Part shown: piece after piece, positions 9,693 through 18,838 of the stretch
How the letters are laid out: each line of letters opens with the position of its first letter
Position numbering within the stretch: the stretch's first letter is position 1
DNA from: a virus
Taxonomy: Duplodnaviria > Caudoviricetes
Length of the DNA: 34,043 bases
Strand: one strand, 5' to 3'
Virus record (IMG/VR): IMGVR_UViG_3300049171_000185
Coordinates: 1-34,043 of that record
Translations under genes and position numbers: made by a program
The notes under the pieces: model-generated
Databases searched by the model: none
Seen by the model: the letters and a program-made list of their open reading frames with translations, nothing else
Told to the model about the DNA's origin: nothing

Positions 9693-10124
9693 CTACGCGG
9701 TGAAGGAGGGCTTCCCGCTGACCTTGATCGAGCCGCTGAACTCCAGCAGGCCGTCCATCTGCGGGTTGAGGGTGAAGCTCTTCCAGTAGCCGCGACCGGT
9801 CCACGTGCCGAGGCTGTCCGGCAGCACGATCTTGAAGTAGTCCAACGTGGTCGTCGGCCCATTCGCGATGCCGGTGTTCGCCCCGGTCATTGGCAGTTCC
9901 TGGGACGCGGACGCTTCCCACTGGCCGGTAAAGCTGATGTCCCCAGGATCGACCAGCCCGCGAATGAATTCGCGGTAGCCATCCGCCGAGTCGTGGTTGG
10001 TGACGTCGATGTCGTCCGCCTCACCAAGCCCGAACTCGCCGATCTCGGTGAGCTTGGCGAGCGCGGTATAGGTCACCCCGTCCGTGCTGTGTTCCAACGT
10101 TGCGCCTTGTCCAATCCTGGCCAT
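9693..10124 (-). CDS. Major tail tube protein
   Basis: 143 aa; DDIDVTNHDS.DGYREFIRGLVDPG and terminal IKVSGKP motifs of siphovirus tube proteins. Confidence 0.9.
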   Translation of the reverse strand: MARIGQGATLEHSTDGVTYTALAKLTEIGEFGLGEADDIDVTNHDSADGYREFIRGLVDPGDISFTGQWEASASQELPMTGANTGIANGPTTTLDYFKIVLPDSLGTWTGRGYWKSFTLNPQMDGLLEFSGSIKVSGKPSFTA

Positions 10125-10146
10125 GTTCCATCACCCTTTCGCGGCG

Positions 10147-10521
10147 CTAGGCCGCGTCATACCAAAAGCGGTACTCGACAATCCGGTGCCAAATCGATAC
10201 CTCCGGTTCCGGGGCATCCATGTCATTGATCCTTTCCGCGCCCATCCATCCAGCCGTCACCGTGGCCAACGCGTCCCGGAGCGCCTTTGCGAGGGCCAGG
10301 GTCTGCGCCTTGGTGGTGGCCCAGAGGTCGAACTGGATACGCGCCTGGGCCAGCCCGGATGCGCCCTCATAGGTGTTCCCCTCACTGCCGGTGATCGCCT
10401 GATAGGTGATCGCTGGCAGCGTCCCGCCTTGCGGCAGATACATCGGGTAAAAGCGCGTCCCGATGAGGGCGGAGATCGCCGGTTGCGCGATCAGGTAGGT
10501 GCGAAGGCTGGACTCAAACAT
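10147..10521 (-). CDS. Tail terminator/completion protein (DUF3168-like)
   Basis: 124 aa; ALIGTRFYP...PQG.TLPAITY...RIQFDLWA. Confidence 0.85.
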   Translation of the reverse strand: MFESSLRTYLIAQPAISALIGTRFYPMYLPQGGTLPAITYQAITGSEGNTYEGASGLAQARIQFDLWATTKAQTLALAKALRDALATVTAGWMGAERINDMDAPEPEVSIWHRIVEYRFWYDAA

Positions 10522-10925
10522 CAGACCGCCCCTCTCAGGAGGGCACGGACTGACGCCCCCACCTCTGCCTCGACCGCGCCCTTTTGCGTTTCGAGCGCGG
10601 GTCGCAGGTAGGGGTGTGGCGGCTGGTTGTAGACCCGTCCCAGGCTGTCCGCGCCAGCGAAGCCGAGTTCTTCCCGCCGCGCATATTCCTTGTCCGTGCC
10701 GACCTTGACCTCGACGCTGTCGCCGCCAATTTCCGGCGTCCCAACATCGATCGAGCGGCCCAGGTCGCCGCTGACCTTGTGGACGCGCTGCTTGGCATCG
10801 TTGGCAATGAGCTGTGCGCCGGCCTTGGCCGCGCGGGCCAGCATCGTTCCCTGCGTCGCGTTCGAAAGGGACCGGAACTGAGCCGCGAGCTTCTTGTCAC
10901 CAGTGATGACCAGGGAGGCACTCAT
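10521..10925 (-). CDS. HK97 gp10-family neck/tail completion protein
   Basis: Start refined to MSASLVITG (ATG 10925); SGDLGRSI, YARREELG, QPPHPYLRPAL motifs. Confidence 0.85.
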   Translation of the reverse strand: MSASLVITGDKKLAAQFRSLSNATQGTMLARAAKAGAQLIANDAKQRVHKVSGDLGRSIDVGTPEIGGDSVEVKVGTDKEYARREELGFAGADSLGRVYNQPPHPYLRPALETQKGAVEAEVGASVRALLRGAV

Positions 10926-10929
10926 CGGG

Positions 10930-11277
10930 CTACCGGACCTTGATGGCCGCGTACAACACGGCGGCGTTCTCAGCCTTGAAGTGCACGTACCCATCGGACT
11001 GCCGGAAGCCGTTGGCCCCAACAATCCGGGTGCAGTACGTGTCGCCGGCCGCAATCTCCTGCACCACATCGACGTCCCGGCCCAGCGTGTCCGGGGCGGA
11101 TTCGAGCGTCACGTCATAGGCGGTATCGGCCGAGCTGTTGCGAAAGCAGAGAATGAGCCCATCCTGCCAGGCAACCTGCTCGAAGTTCACGGCGTCGGAT
11201 GCCGTGAACGTGATCTCCGCGAGAGCATTGGTTTGCCCGCCGGTGAGGTTCTGGACTGTTACCGTGTCGCGTACCAT
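10930..11277 (-). CDS. Hypothetical virion protein (beta-rich)
   Basis: 115 aa packed tightly between head-closure and gp10-like genes. Confidence 0.6.
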   Translation of the reverse strand: MVRDTVTVQNLTGGQTNALAEITFTASDAVNFEQVAWQDGLILCFRNSSADTAYDVTLESAPDTLGRDVDVVQEIAAGDTYCTRIVGANGFRQSDGYVHFKAENAAVLYAAIKVR

Positions 11278-11280
11278 TCG

Positions 11281-11649
11281 TCACACTCCCACGCTGCGTA
11301 CCCGCAGCCGAGTAATCGATCCCGTTTGATCCGTCTCCGCCGCGTCGATGTCGTGGGTGACGCCATCAATCACGACGCGGTGGCCGGTGGTAATCGACGG
11401 ATAGGCACCCTGCAAGAGGACGTTCCATGCCTGGTCGGTGGCGGTGTAGTTCATCGCCTGCCGTTCCTGTGCCGAGAGCGGTGCCTTCGCGCAGGCGATG
11501 GCTTGCAGCCCGGTCACCGGAACCCACCCCTCGATGGGCTGCCCGTATTCGTCCTCCGTCGAGGTCATCGCCTCGACCGTGGCCAGCGACGGGAAGAAGC
11601 CACCGCCGACCGTGGCCATGAAGCGGGGATGGATCACCGGGACGGTCAT
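11281..11649 (-). CDS. Head closure/stopper protein (SPP1 gp16-like)
   Basis: 122 aa; EDEYGQPIEGW...RVVIDGVTHDI motif. Confidence 0.8.
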   Translation of the reverse strand: MTVPVIHPRFMATVGGGFFPSLATVEAMTSTEDEYGQPIEGWVPVTGLQAIACAKAPLSAQERQAMNYTATDQAWNVLLQGAYPSITTGHRVVIDGVTHDIDAAETDQTGSITRLRVRSVGV

Positions 11650-12032
11650 ATCCCGCTCCTGAGCACGTCGTTCCGGAGGATCTCTCTGGCGCTTGGTCCG
11701 TTCAGTGCCATCTCTGCCCAGTCAAAGAGCGGAACATCCCGCGCCTCGATGTCGTCGGCTTGCTTCCGCAGTCCGGCCGCACGCTTGAGCAGCGCGTCGG
11801 ACGCCTTCGCGCCATCGACCTCCAGACCGAGCGTGCGCGTGACTCGCAACGTCGCCGCCGTGTCACTCGCGACCGTCTCCAGCGCCAGCGCGGCGGCGCG
11901 GTATACGCCGCCCTCCAGGGACACGAACGCCGTGATCTCCTCATCCGAGAACACGGCGTTCTCCTGGTTCCGATCCGGAACCAGGAGCCGCACCCTGCCG
12001 ATGTCGTTGGAGAGTTCGTAGGTATACGTCAC
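11646..12032 (-). CDS. Head-tail connector/adaptor protein
   Basis: 128 aa; DIGRVRLLVPD...FSDEEI...YRAAALAL pattern. Confidence 0.8.
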   Translation of the reverse strand: MTYTYELSNDIGRVRLLVPDRNQENAVFSDEEITAFVSLEGGVYRAAALALETVASDTAATLRVTRTLGLEVDGAKASDALLKRAAGLRKQADDIEARDVPLFDWAEMALNGPSAREILRNDVLRSGI

Positions 12033-12037
12033 GGTCG

Positions 12038-12427
12038 CTACTTCTTGGGCTTCGTGGAGCCCTTGTCCGGCTCCAGATTCTTCGGCGCGTCAGGTTCACT
12101 GGCCGACTTCGCTGGCTCCGATTTCTCCGGTTCGCGCAGCTCGACCGTCTCGCCATCCTCAGGCTCAATCTCAATCGGCTCTGCTGCGGCGAAGGTGGCT
12201 GCCCAATCTCCTCGCAGCCCACGGATTTCGTCGATCAGGATGTCGAGGCGCTGGTCGGTGCCGCTCACTGGCGTCTGGACCGAGGCGCTCGCCTCCTGGT
12301 CGGATTCGCCCTCCTCGATCACCGATCCATCCACCGGCTTGAACCCGATGCTCTTGTAAAAGGCAACCTCGCCGAACGTGATCTCGGCCTGTCGGCCATC
12401 CTTGTGCTTGACTGTGACGAAGCTCAT
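12038..12427 (-). CDS. Hypothetical protein with acidic/low-complexity C-terminus
   Basis: 129 aa directly after major capsid gene. Confidence 0.65.
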   Translation of the reverse strand: MSFVTVKHKDGRQAEITFGEVAFYKSIGFKPVDGSVIEEGESDQEASASVQTPVSGTDQRLDILIDEIRGLRGDWAATFAAAEPIEIEPEDGETVELREPEKSEPAKSASEPDAPKNLEPDKGSTKPKK

Positions 12428-12470
12428 AGCGTGTTCACTCCTTCAGGCATGCTCGGCCAACGGGCCGGGA

Positions 12471-13766
12471 TTAGCTCCCGGACCCGTTGGAGGCGACCGC
12501 CGCCTTGTCTTCGATGGCAAGGCCGCCAAAGGCGATCAGGCCCTTGAACTCGCTGGCCATGCTCTGGAAGTCGCCGATCTCGGGATCGAGCCCGCCGCCG
12601 ACGCGCTGGGTGTTCGGTGCCTTCTGGTAGAGCTGCGGGGTTTCGAAGCCCTGCAGGAAGCGAATCCGGGCCAGTGGCCGGGCGCTATTGGGCGCCGCCG
12701 TCACCATCCAGGAGGTCGCGCCGTTCGCCGAGCTGGCGACGATCGGGATATACGGGTCCATCACCGGTGTGATCCCTGTGGTCATCCAGTTGTTGACCCG
12801 CAAGGTCCGGTTGGTCGCGGCGCCCTGGTCTGACGCGACGTCGACGGAGAGCGTGTTGAGCACGTTCTGGACGGCGACGTGCAGGCCTGGGCCGTAGACC
12901 AGCCGCACGCCCTCGATCGCGATCGGCTCGCCGTCCGCGTCGGTCTTGCTCATCAGGGCGGCGATGGCCGCGCCGAGTGATGTAACCGAAAAGGCGGGAT
13001 TGCCGGTGAGGCGGTTGCCCTTGCCAGTGGTGAAGATCGTGGCGTCAGGACCGTTCGCATCGAAGAGAAGATCGGTGGCGAACTTGTTGAGGGTGCGCCG
13101 GCCGCCCCGGGCCAGGAGCGCGGGAATCTCGCGGAAGGCGTCGAGGTTGTCGCCCTGGAGCAGACGCCACGACAGGCGGATGGCCTTGCCGTAGAGCGCC
13201 GGGGACATGGTGCGCTCGCTCTCGGAGATTGAGGTGTAGGTCAGCCCCTCCAGGTCGGAGATGGTGTCGTACATCTCCGTGCCGCCCGTGGTCTCCAGCA
13301 TCTTGACGTCGCGGAAGTCCCGTAGCGGGCTCCCGACATCGATGTACTGGCGCCAGACCTGGGGCACCTCCGCGAACCGGGTGAGCATCACCCGTTCGAT
13401 GACGTCGCCCATGAGCAACGGGAAGTCGGAGACGCTCATCGCCTCGGTGAACGGGTCAAGGTCGGCGCGGACACCCTCGCTGAGGATGGCGGGCCGGACC
13501 AGTCCCGGATAATTGGACTCGATCAGCCGGGTAACCTCCGGCGATCGCGGGCTCAGAACCTCCCGCATGTAGTACGCCGGGGTGCGTCCGTTGAGAACGT
13601 CCCCGATGAACTCGGCGGCGGCGGCCACGCGGGCCTCGTGGCGATTGACCGACGCCTGCTGGGCTTCGTTCAATCGTGCTCTACGGTGTCCCCCAACGCG
13701 GGAAAAGCCGTCAAGAAAGCCGGGCAGCGACCCGGACGAGATTGGTTGGTAATGCTGGTCGCTCAT
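12471..13766 (-). CDS. Major capsid protein (Mu gpT-like, HK97 fold)
   Basis: 431 aa; SDFPLLMG, LRDFRD, YGKAIRLSW...DNLDAF, PQLY motifs; follows protease and decoration genes. Confidence 0.88.
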   Translation of the reverse strand: MSDQHYQPISSGSLPGFLDGFSRVGGHRRARLNEAQQASVNRHEARVAAAAEFIGDVLNGRTPAYYMREVLSPRSPEVTRLIESNYPGLVRPAILSEGVRADLDPFTEAMSVSDFPLLMGDVIERVMLTRFAEVPQVWRQYIDVGSPLRDFRDVKMLETTGGTEMYDTISDLEGLTYTSISESERTMSPALYGKAIRLSWRLLQGDNLDAFREIPALLARGGRRTLNKFATDLLFDANGPDATIFTTGKGNRLTGNPAFSVTSLGAAIAALMSKTDADGEPIAIEGVRLVYGPGLHVAVQNVLNTLSVDVASDQGAATNRTLRVNNWMTTGITPVMDPYIPIVASSANGATSWMVTAAPNSARPLARIRFLQGFETPQLYQKAPNTQRVGGGLDPEIGDFQSMASEFKGLIAFGGLAIEDKAAVASNGSGS

Positions 13767-13807
13767 CGTGCTCCCTTTCGGACCTTAGTCCGGTGCGGTG
13801 GTCTGCT

Positions 13808-14191
13808 CTACGCGCCGTTGTACGGCTTGAACACCTCGATCGTGGCCGTGCCCGCCGAGGACACAGCGCCCCGGGCATAGCCAAAGAAGCGCCCCGTGGC
13901 CTTCTTGCTCAGGACTGGGGTGTCGGCATCGACGTAGAAGATCTTGTCGCCGACCGCGACGGCGGAGTTGCCCGACCCGTCGACGCCCGCGACGCTGAAG
14001 GTGGCCGAGAATCCGCCGAAGAGGACGGTGGTTTCGGTGGCGCCATTGCCGCCGTCACCTTCGGCAGTGAGGGCGATGCCGGTCTGTTCGCCAACGCGCA
14101 CCGGGTCGCCAGAGGCCGGGGTGGCCGGATGGCTGCACACCACCGACTCACCGGGCGAGTCAATCCAATACCGCTTGATGTTCTTGGCCAT
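13808..14191 (-). CDS. DUF2190-like capsid decoration/cement protein
   Basis: 127 aa; MAKN...SGDPVRVG...GIA...AVAVGDKIFY...FGYA. Confidence 0.8.
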   Translation of the reverse strand: MAKNIKRYWIDSPGESVVCSHPATPASGDPVRVGEQTGIALTAEGDGGNGATETTVLFGGFSATFSVAGVDGSGNSAVAVGDKIFYVDADTPVLSKKATGRFFGYARGAVSSAGTATIEVFKPYNGA

Positions 14192-14228
14192 GGTGGCTCC
14201 TCACCGGCTTCAGCCGGTTGCTCTCGCG

Positions 14229-15590
14229 CTACAGCGCGGCCAGCGCCGCTTCGATCCGCTTGTTGCTCTCTTCGAGAGTCGGGACGTTTGGCGTGGCCGG
14301 TTCAGTCCCGCCCATGCCGCGCACCGGGTTGCCGCCGGTGATCGCCGCGATGTAGGCGACTTCGGCCGCCGCGGCTTCGGTCACCTTCGCCTTCAGCGCC
14401 TCGACGTCCAGCGCGTCATCCTTGACCGGCGCATTGAGCACCAGCGTTTCGGTCAGCCGGTCCCGGCTTTGGGTTGGCAGCGTGATCGCCGCCAGTTCCG
14501 CCTTGACGACGGTTCGGGCCTCGGTCAGCAGCGCCGCTTCCCGGTCCCGCCGTTCCTGGGCCTCCTTCCACGCCTCCAGGGCCGTGATCTGCTTCTGCGC
14601 TTCCGAAAGCTGCCGCTGCGCCTCTTCGAGTTCTTCCTTGGTCATCTCGTCCTCTACTCCCTGTGTGTCGATCGGCTTGCCATTCCGAGCCGATTCAATG
14701 AGATCCATCACCTTGCCGCCCGCACCGGCGCGGGTCACCACGTCAACGCTGTGGGCGATGTCGATACTTTCGATCGTCCGCACCTTCTTGCCGCCGATGT
14801 CTCGTGTTCCCGCCTTGCCCGATGCCCGGATCGACATGCCAGAGATCGGCGCGATAGCCCCGATATGGGGCGCAACAGTGGGGAGGAACTTGACGGGGGC
14901 GTAGAGCCCGTCCTCACGCCACACGGCTGGGCCGGTGAGCGACCCAGCGAGATCCTTCACGCTCCGCTCGGGGCGGTCGCGTTCGTCACTGACACTGGGA
15001 TGGTCGAGATAGATGTGGAGCCCCTCGCCGAACACCTTGGGGCCGTCACGCTGGAGGACATCGGCTGGGTAGTACCCGGACGAACCCTGGCCGGGAGCGA
15101 TGATGCGGATCTCGGCGGTGCCATCGTCCTTGACCGCCTTTTCCACCAATGGCACGAGGTCACCGGTAAGAACATCGCCCGATTCCTCGGCGGGCTGGCT
15201 AACCTGAGTGACCGGCACGGCAGCCGGCGTCGTGATCCCGGCGGTGTCGGCGGCGACGTACTGTGTGACAGCAATCACCTTGACCGGCTCGCCGAGCGTC
15301 ACCGCGCCGTCCGTGATCGTGTACGACCGCTGGTAGAGTTCGGTCTGGTCATTAGTGTTGAGTTCGTAGATGACGGAATCGTCGAAGACATCGCGCGTCC
15401 AGACGTAGGTGTCCCGTCCGGGGTGCTGTGCCCTGAGTGTGTCGCGGAGCACCTTGGCGAGGTCGTTGTGGCTCATCTGGAGGGCTTCGAGGAACGGCGC
15501 GGATGCATGGACCTCGGTGGCCGCTTCGTCGAAACGTGCCCGGTCGTCATCCGCCAGATTGGTGCCAAACAGTGTCGCCAATAGCCGCAT
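14229..15590 (-). CDS. Prohead protease/scaffold fusion
   Basis: 453 aa; IIAPGQGSSGYY, YLDHP, GMSIRA, SVDVVTRAGAGG protease motifs; coiled-coil C-terminal scaffold. Confidence 0.85.
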   Translation of the reverse strand: MRLLATLFGTNLADDDRARFDEAATEVHASAPFLEALQMSHNDLAKVLRDTLRAQHPGRDTYVWTRDVFDDSVIYELNTNDQTELYQRSYTITDGAVTLGEPVKVIAVTQYVAADTAGITTPAAVPVTQVSQPAEESGDVLTGDLVPLVEKAVKDDGTAEIRIIAPGQGSSGYYPADVLQRDGPKVFGEGLHIYLDHPSVSDERDRPERSVKDLAGSLTGPAVWREDGLYAPVKFLPTVAPHIGAIAPISGMSIRASGKAGTRDIGGKKVRTIESIDIAHSVDVVTRAGAGGKVMDLIESARNGKPIDTQGVEDEMTKEELEEAQRQLSEAQKQITALEAWKEAQERRDREAALLTEARTVVKAELAAITLPTQSRDRLTETLVLNAPVKDDALDVEALKAKVTEAAAAEVAYIAAITGGNPVRGMGGTEPATPNVPTLEESNKRIEAALAAL

Positions 15591-15604
15591 TGCCTACCCC
15601 CGAA

Positions 15605-15644
15605 CAACACAAAAGCCCCAAGGAGCTACTAGCTCCTTGGGGCT
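15605..15644 (-). terminator. Intrinsic terminator inside head operon
   Basis: Perfect 14-bp stem AGCCCCAAGGAGCT/AGCTCCTTGGGGCT (15614-15644) followed on the minus strand by a T-rich tail (TTTGTGTTG). Confidence 0.8.
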
Positions 15645-15664
15645 CGATGTGCGAGTCGCCCGAT

Positions 15665-15886
15665 CTATTTCATCAAATCATGATGCAGGCGCGGTGTATT
15701 GTCAAGTTCGGTGGCGGATACCCGCCCAGATTCGGTCAATTTGTAGGCCAGTACTCGCCCCTCCTTGATGTCGAGGACAATCTGTCCGGTATTCCCGGCC
15801 TCCAGGAAGTCCGCGATCTTCTCACGCACCACGGTTGGCAGCGGCACGACGGCTGGCGGTCGGATCGTTGTCACGGTTGCGCTCAT
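15665..15886 (-). CDS. Small protein, DUF2292/YezD-like
   Basis: 73 aa from MSATVTT (ATG 15886); TGQIVLDIKEGRV motif; start overlaps the minor head stop. Confidence 0.6.
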   Translation of the reverse strand: MSATVTTIRPPAVVPLPTVVREKIADFLEAGNTGQIVLDIKEGRVLAYKLTESGRVSATELDNTPRLHHDLMK

Positions 15887-16713
15887 GCGTCCGGCTTCCT
15901 CCTGGTTCCAAGACTGCACCGGCACCCGCTGTCCGTTGGGGGCCGGTCGTGCCCGCTCTGGAACACATCGTCGAGCGGTATCCATCCCTCGGCATCATTG
16001 GCCCGGTGGTCGGTTCGCACCTTCGAATCCGACGCGGAGATCCACTTCTTCTGCATCTCCAGCCCCGCGCCCTGAAGGTCACGGGCCACGACCATGGTCC
16101 CCTCAACGTAGGCGTCACCTAGCTCGTAGACGGCGATGTTCCGCGCTCGCTTGACCGAGAAATCGGCATAGCGTGTCCGGATCGCCCGCGCCGTCTTGTC
16201 GTAGGACCAGCCCTCTTCGGCGGCTTGGGTGAGGATCGTCCGCAGGTAGTCCCGGGTCGTCGAGTTGATTGCCGTCACCCGATCCGCGCCATGTTTCGCC
16301 ATGAAGTCGACGGCCAGCGGGTGCGTGAGGTCGAACGCATCGTCGATGCCGAGGTCCGCGATGGCGCCGATCATGGCCGACTCCAGTGCCCGGGCCGTGA
16401 ACTCACTGAGCGGCTTCTGGAACACCTGCACCGTCTCCAGCGCCGCCTGGTCAAAAAGGGGCAACCAGTCAGACTCGGCCGCCTCTCGCAACTCCGGTGG
16501 AAAGGACCTCTCCAGCCGGGCGAAGCGCGTGAGAAACAATCGCCGCTGGGCGAGGAAGGCGCGACGCATCGCCCGCTCTAGCCGCTGCTCTGGCTTGGAC
16601 AGGGCACGGGACTGGCGGAGCGCGGTGTTGACCTCGATCAGGCGGTCGATGGCGTCAGCGAGGGCGGTCACGAGCCGTAACCCCAAGGGATGTGTGGCGC
16701 GAACGGCTCGCAC
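15883..16713 (-). CDS. Minor head morphogenesis protein (Mu gpF/SPP1 gp7 family)
   Basis: RARNIA.YE, KKWISASDSKVRTDH, CRCSL motifs; exact start uncertain. Confidence 0.88.
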   Translation of the reverse strand: MRAVRATHPLGLRLVTALADAIDRLIEVNTALRQSRALSKPEQRLERAMRRAFLAQRRLFLTRFARLERSFPPELREAAESDWLPLFDQAALETVQVFQKPLSEFTARALESAMIGAIADLGIDDAFDLTHPLAVDFMAKHGADRVTAINSTTRDYLRTILTQAAEEGWSYDKTARAIRTRYADFSVKRARNIAVYELGDAYVEGTMVVARDLQGAGLEMQKKWISASDSKVRTDHRANDAEGWIPLDDVFQSGHDRPPTDSGCRCSLGTRRKPDA

Positions 16714-16970
16714 TCGAAGAGGTGGAAGACCAGCGCACCGTCGTGCATCTGGATTGTTTCCAGGAAGTGCACATGCTCGGTGATCGGGTGACCAGTACCT
16801 GCAAGTCGAAAGTTACGGGTCTCCAGACCCCCTTCAGGATCGACCAGCGCCCAGATGCATAGGTTGTTGCCCTGCACGCCTGCACTAAGCAACTTCGCGC
16901 CGCTCGGCATAGAGATGGCGAACTTGTCGGTGACGGGGGCGGTGAACTTCCAAACGGTGCGCTTACTCAT
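16668..16970 (-). CDS. Hypothetical phage protein
   Basis: 100 aa from MSKRTVWKF; MPSGAKLLS...IWALVDP...GTGH...LVFHLFE pattern recurrent in phages. Confidence 0.7.
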   Translation of the reverse strand: MSKRTVWKFTAPVTDKFAISMPSGAKLLSAGVQGNNLCIWALVDPEGGLETRNFRLAGTGHPITEHVHFLETIQMHDGALVFHLFECEPFAPHIPWGYGS

Positions 16971-17266
16971 CGACCCTTCCTCTCGTCGTAGGAATCGACA
17001 AGCCATCTGGCCAGCTCGGCCCCTTCGAGCCCATCAGGGATCGCCGGTGTTTCCTCAGCGTCATCAAGTGGCGCGTTCAGGACCATCACTTCGGCGGTGA
17101 GAAACGATCCCAGTGGCGGACTTGGGCCACGGATTTCGAGTGTCCATTTTTGGTCGGGGTAACTGTCTGACGGGTTGGGCTGTAAATGAATCCTGACGAT
17201 CTCGTCGGGACCGTCCCATGTCACGCTGCTGCCCGTGACGCGAAGGCCGATATTCCCGTACCTCAT
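16967..17266 (-). CDS. Hypothetical protein
   Basis: 99 aa; 4-nt ATGA overlaps with both neighbours. Confidence 0.65.
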   Translation of the reverse strand: MRYGNIGLRVTGSSVTWDGPDEIVRIHLQPNPSDSYPDQKWTLEIRGPSPPLGSFLTAEVMVLNAPLDDAEETPAIPDGLEGAELARWLVDSYDERKGR

Positions 17267-18828
17267 TTCAGCGCCTCCCTGAGTTCCCGCAACGCAGCCA
17301 CGAACGCCTCACGCTCCTCATCCTGCTCTTGATCCCGCGGCTGCGTCTGCTGCGCGACCTGTGCCGCCCGCTCTTCCCGTTCCTCCCGCTCGTCCTCGAT
17401 TTTCTCCAACTCGCCGTCTACGTCGTCGATACCAAGCGCCACCATCAGTTCCCGCGACAGCGTTTCCTCGGCGATCGTCCCGGCAGCCGTTCGACCGGAG
17501 AGCGTCGCCGCGTCCACGATGGCGCCAACGACTTCCCGTGCGTCCCGTTCGAGCAATGACGGGAACGCGAGTTCGACCTTGCGCTGTTCCTCGGTCAGGT
17601 TCTTCGGCGCGAGACCGCGCGGCGCCTCCAGGTCGCGGTCGATCACCCATTGCAGGAGATCGGTGAGGACATCGACCCACATGCCACGGCGTTCGGTGTA
17701 CCTGAGTTCGGTCGGCCTATCCAGAGTCTTGCTCGTTGCGAGGTTGGATTGATTGGCGTCGAAGAAGTGATCGGGGATGCCGAGGGCCGCGCTTGCCATT
17801 TGGCGGGCCGGCCTGCTGTGGTCGGGTGGCAGGGTGGCCCCGGCGATCTTGATCGGGTCCATGCTCACCCCGTCCCCGGCGATGAACGTGGACCCGGACG
17901 CCGGTGGCGGGTTGGTCTCGCCGTTGGCGCCGCGGAGCGTCGTGCCGAGCTTGGTCTTCGCGGCGGCGATCCCTCCCGATCCGCCCTTGGTGCTGAGCGA
18001 CCAGGCAAAGCGCGCCAATGCCCGGCTGCGCGTCGCGTCGTCCTCCAGGAGCTGTTTGTAGGCGCGTGCCCAGTCCAGCGCGGCGTAGACCTCGGAGACG
18101 CCCCAGGTCCAGTGCGGAAAGGCGCCAGCCTTGACATGCAGCACCGGCGCATCCCAGCGGACCTCGTGGTCGCCGACCTTCTCCGGCTTGGCGGAGGGCT
18201 GGTACTGCCAGTCGGGGTAGTACGCCGTCATCTCCACCGGCTTGCCGCCATCGACCGGGCGCTGGGTCCAGGTCCGCTTGTAGTACCAGGGCTCGTAGCG
18301 ATCGTCGGGGTTGGTGATTATCTCCCGGATCTCTTCCATCGGCACGGTCCGGACACGCACCTGGCCGGTGATCTGCTCGGGGAAGAGGGCGAGGAAGACG
18401 TTCCCGGTGACCTCTAGCTCCACTTCGAGGAGCCGGCTCGCCTGCTGGCCAGTGAGGACGCGACGGTTGTCGCGCCAGAAACGATCGACAACCGCCTGAA
18501 CGTCTTCATCCTCGGCGCTGACCGAGACATCCTGGCCCCAGACGTAGAGCGCGCCGATCTCGACGGCGCGATTGATGAGCGGGTTCTTCAGGTAGTTCAC
18601 CCGCGCCAACTCGACGATCTTGCCGAGGGCCTCCCGGCTGAACTCCCGGCCGGCGCCCTCGTCGAGCTTCATCCAGCCCTGTTCCTGGAGTTGGATTTCC
18701 AGTTGGCCGATGCGGCTCTCGTACAGCTCGACCATCAGCGCGTATTCCCGGCTAGCCTCGGTGAGGGGCAGGCCATTGGAGGATGGTGGAACCAGGAGGC
18801 CGGTGGTGGATTCGCGGTAGGTGGTCAT
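17263..18828 (-). CDS. Portal protein
   Basis: 521 aa after terL; YLKNPLINRAVE, LGIPDHFF, NLATSKTLDRPT motifs. Confidence 0.9.
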   Translation of the reverse strand: MTTYRESTTGLLVPPSSNGLPLTEASREYALMVELYESRIGQLEIQLQEQGWMKLDEGAGREFSREALGKIVELARVNYLKNPLINRAVEIGALYVWGQDVSVSAEDEDVQAVVDRFWRDNRRVLTGQQASRLLEVELEVTGNVFLALFPEQITGQVRVRTVPMEEIREIITNPDDRYEPWYYKRTWTQRPVDGGKPVEMTAYYPDWQYQPSAKPEKVGDHEVRWDAPVLHVKAGAFPHWTWGVSEVYAALDWARAYKQLLEDDATRSRALARFAWSLSTKGGSGGIAAAKTKLGTTLRGANGETNPPPASGSTFIAGDGVSMDPIKIAGATLPPDHSRPARQMASAALGIPDHFFDANQSNLATSKTLDRPTELRYTERRGMWVDVLTDLLQWVIDRDLEAPRGLAPKNLTEEQRKVELAFPSLLERDAREVVGAIVDAATLSGRTAAGTIAEETLSRELMVALGIDDVDGELEKIEDEREEREERAAQVAQQTQPRDQEQDEEREAFVAALRELREALK

Positions 18829-18838
18829 GGGCTAGTCC

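Noticed and set aside
13944-15584. 546-aa plus-strand ORF
   Set aside because: Antisense shadow of the protease and decoration genes, typical of high-GC DNA; no motifs
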